In this document: positions 61,207-64,000 of the stretch, piece by piece
Layout: each line of letters begins with the position of its first letter
Position numbering within the stretch: position 1 is the stretch's first letter
The notes under the pieces: generated by a model
Told to the model about the DNA's origin: nothing
Database searches by the model: none
What the model saw: the letters and a program-made list of their open reading frames with translations, nothing else
From: Candidatus Heimdallarchaeota archaeon
GTDB taxonomy: Archaea; Asgardarchaeota; Heimdallarchaeia; Heimdallarchaeales; Heimdallarchaeaceae
Assembly: GCA_019057815.1 (NCBI GenBank)
Contig: JAHLWR010000016.1
Coordinates: 1-64,000 of the forward strand
DNA length: 64,000 nt
Direction of reading: 5' to 3'
Program-made: the position numbers and the translations under genes

Positions 61207-62489
61207 ATCACGTGATTAATCAAATTTCGGATATTGTATACTCACCTGAAGGCATATTTGATAAAGTCAATCAATTTAAGACTCTATTTAATTACTTTAA
61301 TGCAAACTACAGAGATTTCATCATGAATCAACCGACTTTCTTGAGTGAAATTCGCAAGAAATTAAAAATGGAAATAGGTTTCCTCTCTCCTCAGAAAAAA
61401 GAGATATGTTTAGCGGTTTATGGTATTTTACTAACTGAGGATCTAATAGATAAATATAGCGAGTTCCATTATGCTGAAGATATCTCAACCTTATTGGATG
61501 CAACAAATAAAAAGAATATATGTACAGAAGACGAATTTGTAGGTTTGCTAACATCATTTACTCATTGCATCAAGATGTCAACAAAAGCACTTGATGTTAT
61601 ATTAGAAAATCTTTGTCTTATCAAAATAAAGGAAAAAGATAGAGATCTAATTGAAATGCTTTTAATTAAAAACAATTTCTTACCTGCTCTATCTGAAGCT
61701 TGTTTAGAATTTGAAGTAGGTGAATTTCAAGTAGATTTACGATTTATCACCGCAATATTCGCATATTTAATAGAAAAAAAAGTTCTAACTGATAGCTCTG
61801 ATAAAAAATTGAAATCTATTAGTTATCATTATAACGTAATCAAATCAAAATATCCGCTATCTGAAGGGGAGGATTTATTTTATGATTTAATAAGGACACA
61901 GCTAGTCGTTCCATATTACACCGAAATTGAAAAGTTCATTCTTCCAAAAATCGAATCACTTTCACTAAAACAATCATTAAGTAAAATTGATAATCAAGAG
62001 GAAATTGGAGAAATAACTTCTGATGTTGAAAAATCAGAAATTCATCCAATTATAACTTTTGTTTCAGGGATAGTAGAAGAAGTGCTATATCAAAATCAAA
62101 CTGTAAACAGTGCTAAGAAGCAACACATTGAAAGAAATATTGCATATCTACTAAAGAAAGGTTCAACAGAGAATGAGACTTTTACCAGTTCGACTCTTAG
62201 TAGTGGAGTACTTATTGAAATTATAGATATTTGGTTTATCATATTTTCAATATACCCTCAACTTGTTTTACATTTAGTTAATCTACATGATTATGCAGAT
62301 TTTACAGAAAACCCTGAAAATTACCTTCAAACAAATCGTAGAAAAATTATGCAGCAGCTTAATATTAAATTTAGAAAATATATTAGTGTCGATGAAATGA
62401 GCATAGATAATATTGCTAAAGCATTTGCTAAAATATTGATAGAAATTTTATCAAATCCTACAATTAAAACCATTGATTTCCAAAAATAA
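61203..62489 (+). CDS. hypothetical alpha-helical protein
   Basis: 428-aa ORF; ATGA overlap with the upstream gene. Confidence 0.65.
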   Translation: MNHVINQISDIVYSPEGIFDKVNQFKTLFNYFNANYRDFIMNQPTFLSEIRKKLKMEIGFLSPQKKEICLAVYGILLTEDLIDKYSEFHYAEDISTLLDATNKKNICTEDEFVGLLTSFTHCIKMSTKALDVILENLCLIKIKEKDRDLIEMLLIKNNFLPALSEACLEFEVGEFQVDLRFITAIFAYLIEKKVLTDSSDKKLKSISYHYNVIKSKYPLSEGEDLFYDLIRTQLVVPYYTEIEKFILPKIESLSLKQSLSKIDNQEEIGEITSDVEKSEIHPIITFVSGIVEEVLYQNQTVNSAKKQHIERNIAYLLKKGSTENETFTSSTLSSGVLIEIIDIWFIIFSIYPQLVLHLVNLHDYADFTENPENYLQTNRRKIMQQLNIKFRKYISVDEMSIDNIAKAFAKILIEILSNPTIKTIDFQK

Positions 62490-62543
62490 AATGGCTATTG
62501 TTTCTTAGAGCACAAAACTTATTGAAATGTTCGAATATATCAC

Positions 62544-63398
62544 TTGAAGATGATTCAATCTGAGATAGAATTTAGAGAACTTACACATTACTCAGATTTC
62601 TGTGAAGTTGAAGATATACAACGCGATGCGTGGGGAATGTCTAATATTGAAATTGTCCCTAAAAGATTGATGTTTGCAACATGCAGAAGTGGAGGAGTAG
62701 CCATTGGTTGTTTCTCCAACAATATGATAGGCTACTGCTGGGGATGGGTAGGTAAGACAGATAAACATGATGTGTTCCTTTATTCCCATCACAATGCTGT
62801 GAGAAAAACATTCCAAAATCAAGGTATAGGCCATTTACTTAAACTTCAACAAAGAGAATGGAGTATACAGAGTAATTTTAAGATGATAAACTGGACATTT
62901 GACCCCCTTCAATCTAAAAACTGTTATTTAAATTTTCATAAGCTAGGAGTGATATGTAATACTTATTATTCAAATTACTGGGGACCAATGCATGATGCTG
63001 AGAATGTTGGGATGGATACTGACCGTTTTTATTGCAATTGGATTCTGAAGTCTGATAGGGTAAAACAAAGACTAGATCAAAAAGTTGAGCATTTTGATGA
63101 GGAGATACTAAATCCTTCAAATCATACAATTAATACAGATATTAGAGGTGACCATTTGATAATTAACAAAATTAATTTGAATCTTATTTCACGGACGTTA
63201 ATAGTTGAAATACCATCTAACATTAATTTTATGAAAAAACACAATCTAGATTTAGTAGTTGAATGGAGAGAAAAAACAAGAAAGGTTTTTCAAACCTATT
63301 TCAAAAAGGGTTATGCTGTAACTGACTTTGTCTTGAAGAGAGACGGTACTAATATTCTAAAGACCTTTCATATCTTGACAAAAAATGGTGATTTCTAG
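62544..63398 (+). CDS. GNAT acyltransferase (N-succinyltransferase-like, NSAR-associated)
   Basis: LYSH..AV...QNQGIG..LK..QR, WTFDPLQ.KN..LN..KLG, TDRF. Confidence 0.85.
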   Translation: MKMIQSEIEFRELTHYSDFCEVEDIQRDAWGMSNIEIVPKRLMFATCRSGGVAIGCFSNNMIGYCWGWVGKTDKHDVFLYSHHNAVRKTFQNQGIGHLLKLQQREWSIQSNFKMINWTFDPLQSKNCYLNFHKLGVICNTYYSNYWGPMHDAENVGMDTDRFYCNWILKSDRVKQRLDQKVEHFDEEILNPSNHTINTDIRGDHLIINKINLNLISRTLIVEIPSNINFMKKHNLDLVVEWREKTRKVFQTYFKKGYAVTDFVLKRDGTNILKTFHILTKNGDF

Positions 63399-64000
63399 TG
63401 AAAATTGATTATGCAACGTTTTATACTGTGAAAATGGTATTGAAAAACCCATTCAGAACAAGTTTTGGAATTATGCAAGAACGAGAAATACTTTTGATAT
63501 GTTTGCAATCAGGTGATTTTAAGGGTTGGGGAGAATGTATAACTGAAAAAGGGCCTTGGTATTCATCAGAGACTACAGACTCGTGTATTCATATTATTAC
63601 AAAGTTTATCATACCTTTGTTAAAAGGGAGTAATATTGAGCATCCAACCGACTACCCTCCTCTAGTAAAAAGAATTCGAGGTAATCAAATGGCAAAGGCT
63701 TGTATTGAGGATGCCCTTTGGGATCTTTATGGGAAGATTGAAGAGAAATGCCTCAAGACACTGATTGGTGGAGAAAAACAATATATAGAAGCTGGTATTT
63801 CTCTAGGGATTCAGAAAGATTTCTCAATTTTATTAAGCAAAATCAATGATGCTTTAGAACAAGGATATCAAAGAATTAAGATTAAAATTGAACCAGGATG
63901 GGATGTTGATATTGTCAAACAAATCAGGGATAATTATCCTGAGATAAAATTGATGGTTGATGCTAATAGCGCTTATAGACTAAAAGATAAAGATATTTTC
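63398..64000 (+). CDS. menC: o-succinylbenzoate synthase / N-succinylamino acid racemase (enolase superfamily), 3' truncated by window end
   Basis: translated by hand from GTG at 63398: PFRTSFG, GWGEC, PWYSSET, RIKIKIEPGWD, LMVDANSAY. Confidence 0.88.
   Translation, partial: MKIDYATFYTVKMVLKNPFRTSFGIMQEREILLICLQSGDFKGWGECITEKGPWYSSETTDSCIHIITKFIIPLLKGSNIEHPTDYPPLVKRIRGNQMAKACIEDALWDLYGKIEEKCLKTLIGGEKQYIEAGISLGIQKDFSILLSKINDALEQGYQRIKIKIEPGWDVDIVKQIRDNYPEIKLMVDANSAYRLKDKDIF

Noticed and set aside
1-64000. CRISPR array, tRNA or rRNA genes; Cas12 interpretation of the TnpB genes
   Set aside because: No regularly spaced repeats or structural RNA signatures seen by eye; both nucleases are ~410 aa and have IS-type ends

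Overview
AT-rich archaeal chromosome segment, most likely from an Asgard archaeon (Heimdallarchaeia-like). This is inferred from Arf- and Rab-like small GTPases, longin-like fusion proteins, a GF-TM-basic C-terminal sorting tail, AGGTGA Shine-Dalgarno sites and poly-T terminators. Metabolic content: a purine-catabolism-like operon (SsnA-like amidohydrolase, divergent DHOD/PreA-like flavo-FeS protein, threonine-synthase-like PLP enzyme, XdhABC), a TusA-SQR-TusA-DsrE-DsrE-regulator sulfur-relay operon, peptidases, two radical SAM proteins, and a GNAT + OSBS/NSAR pair cut off at the window end. Also present are a DUF433/DUF5615 toxin-antitoxin pair and a large Ig-domain surface protein with a frameshifted signal peptide. 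Mobile and defence content: (i) a tnpB-only IS200/IS605 element (45713-47061) inserted after TTAA in the 3' end of a dus gene, whose in-frame empty site can be rebuilt exactly; (ii) a 42-bp mini-element (27490-27531) made of that element's left and right ends fused; (iii) a second tnpB element bounded by 31-bp imperfect terminal inverted repeats; (iv) a diverged ~258-bp direct repeat bracketing the dus cassette; (v) a decayed defence island with a convergent type II R-M pair (MTase apparently starting at ATT), a fused type IIG/ISP-like enzyme and a HEPN-like protein. No rRNA, tRNA or CRISPR array was seen. All family assignments come from motif recognition by eye, not database searches.
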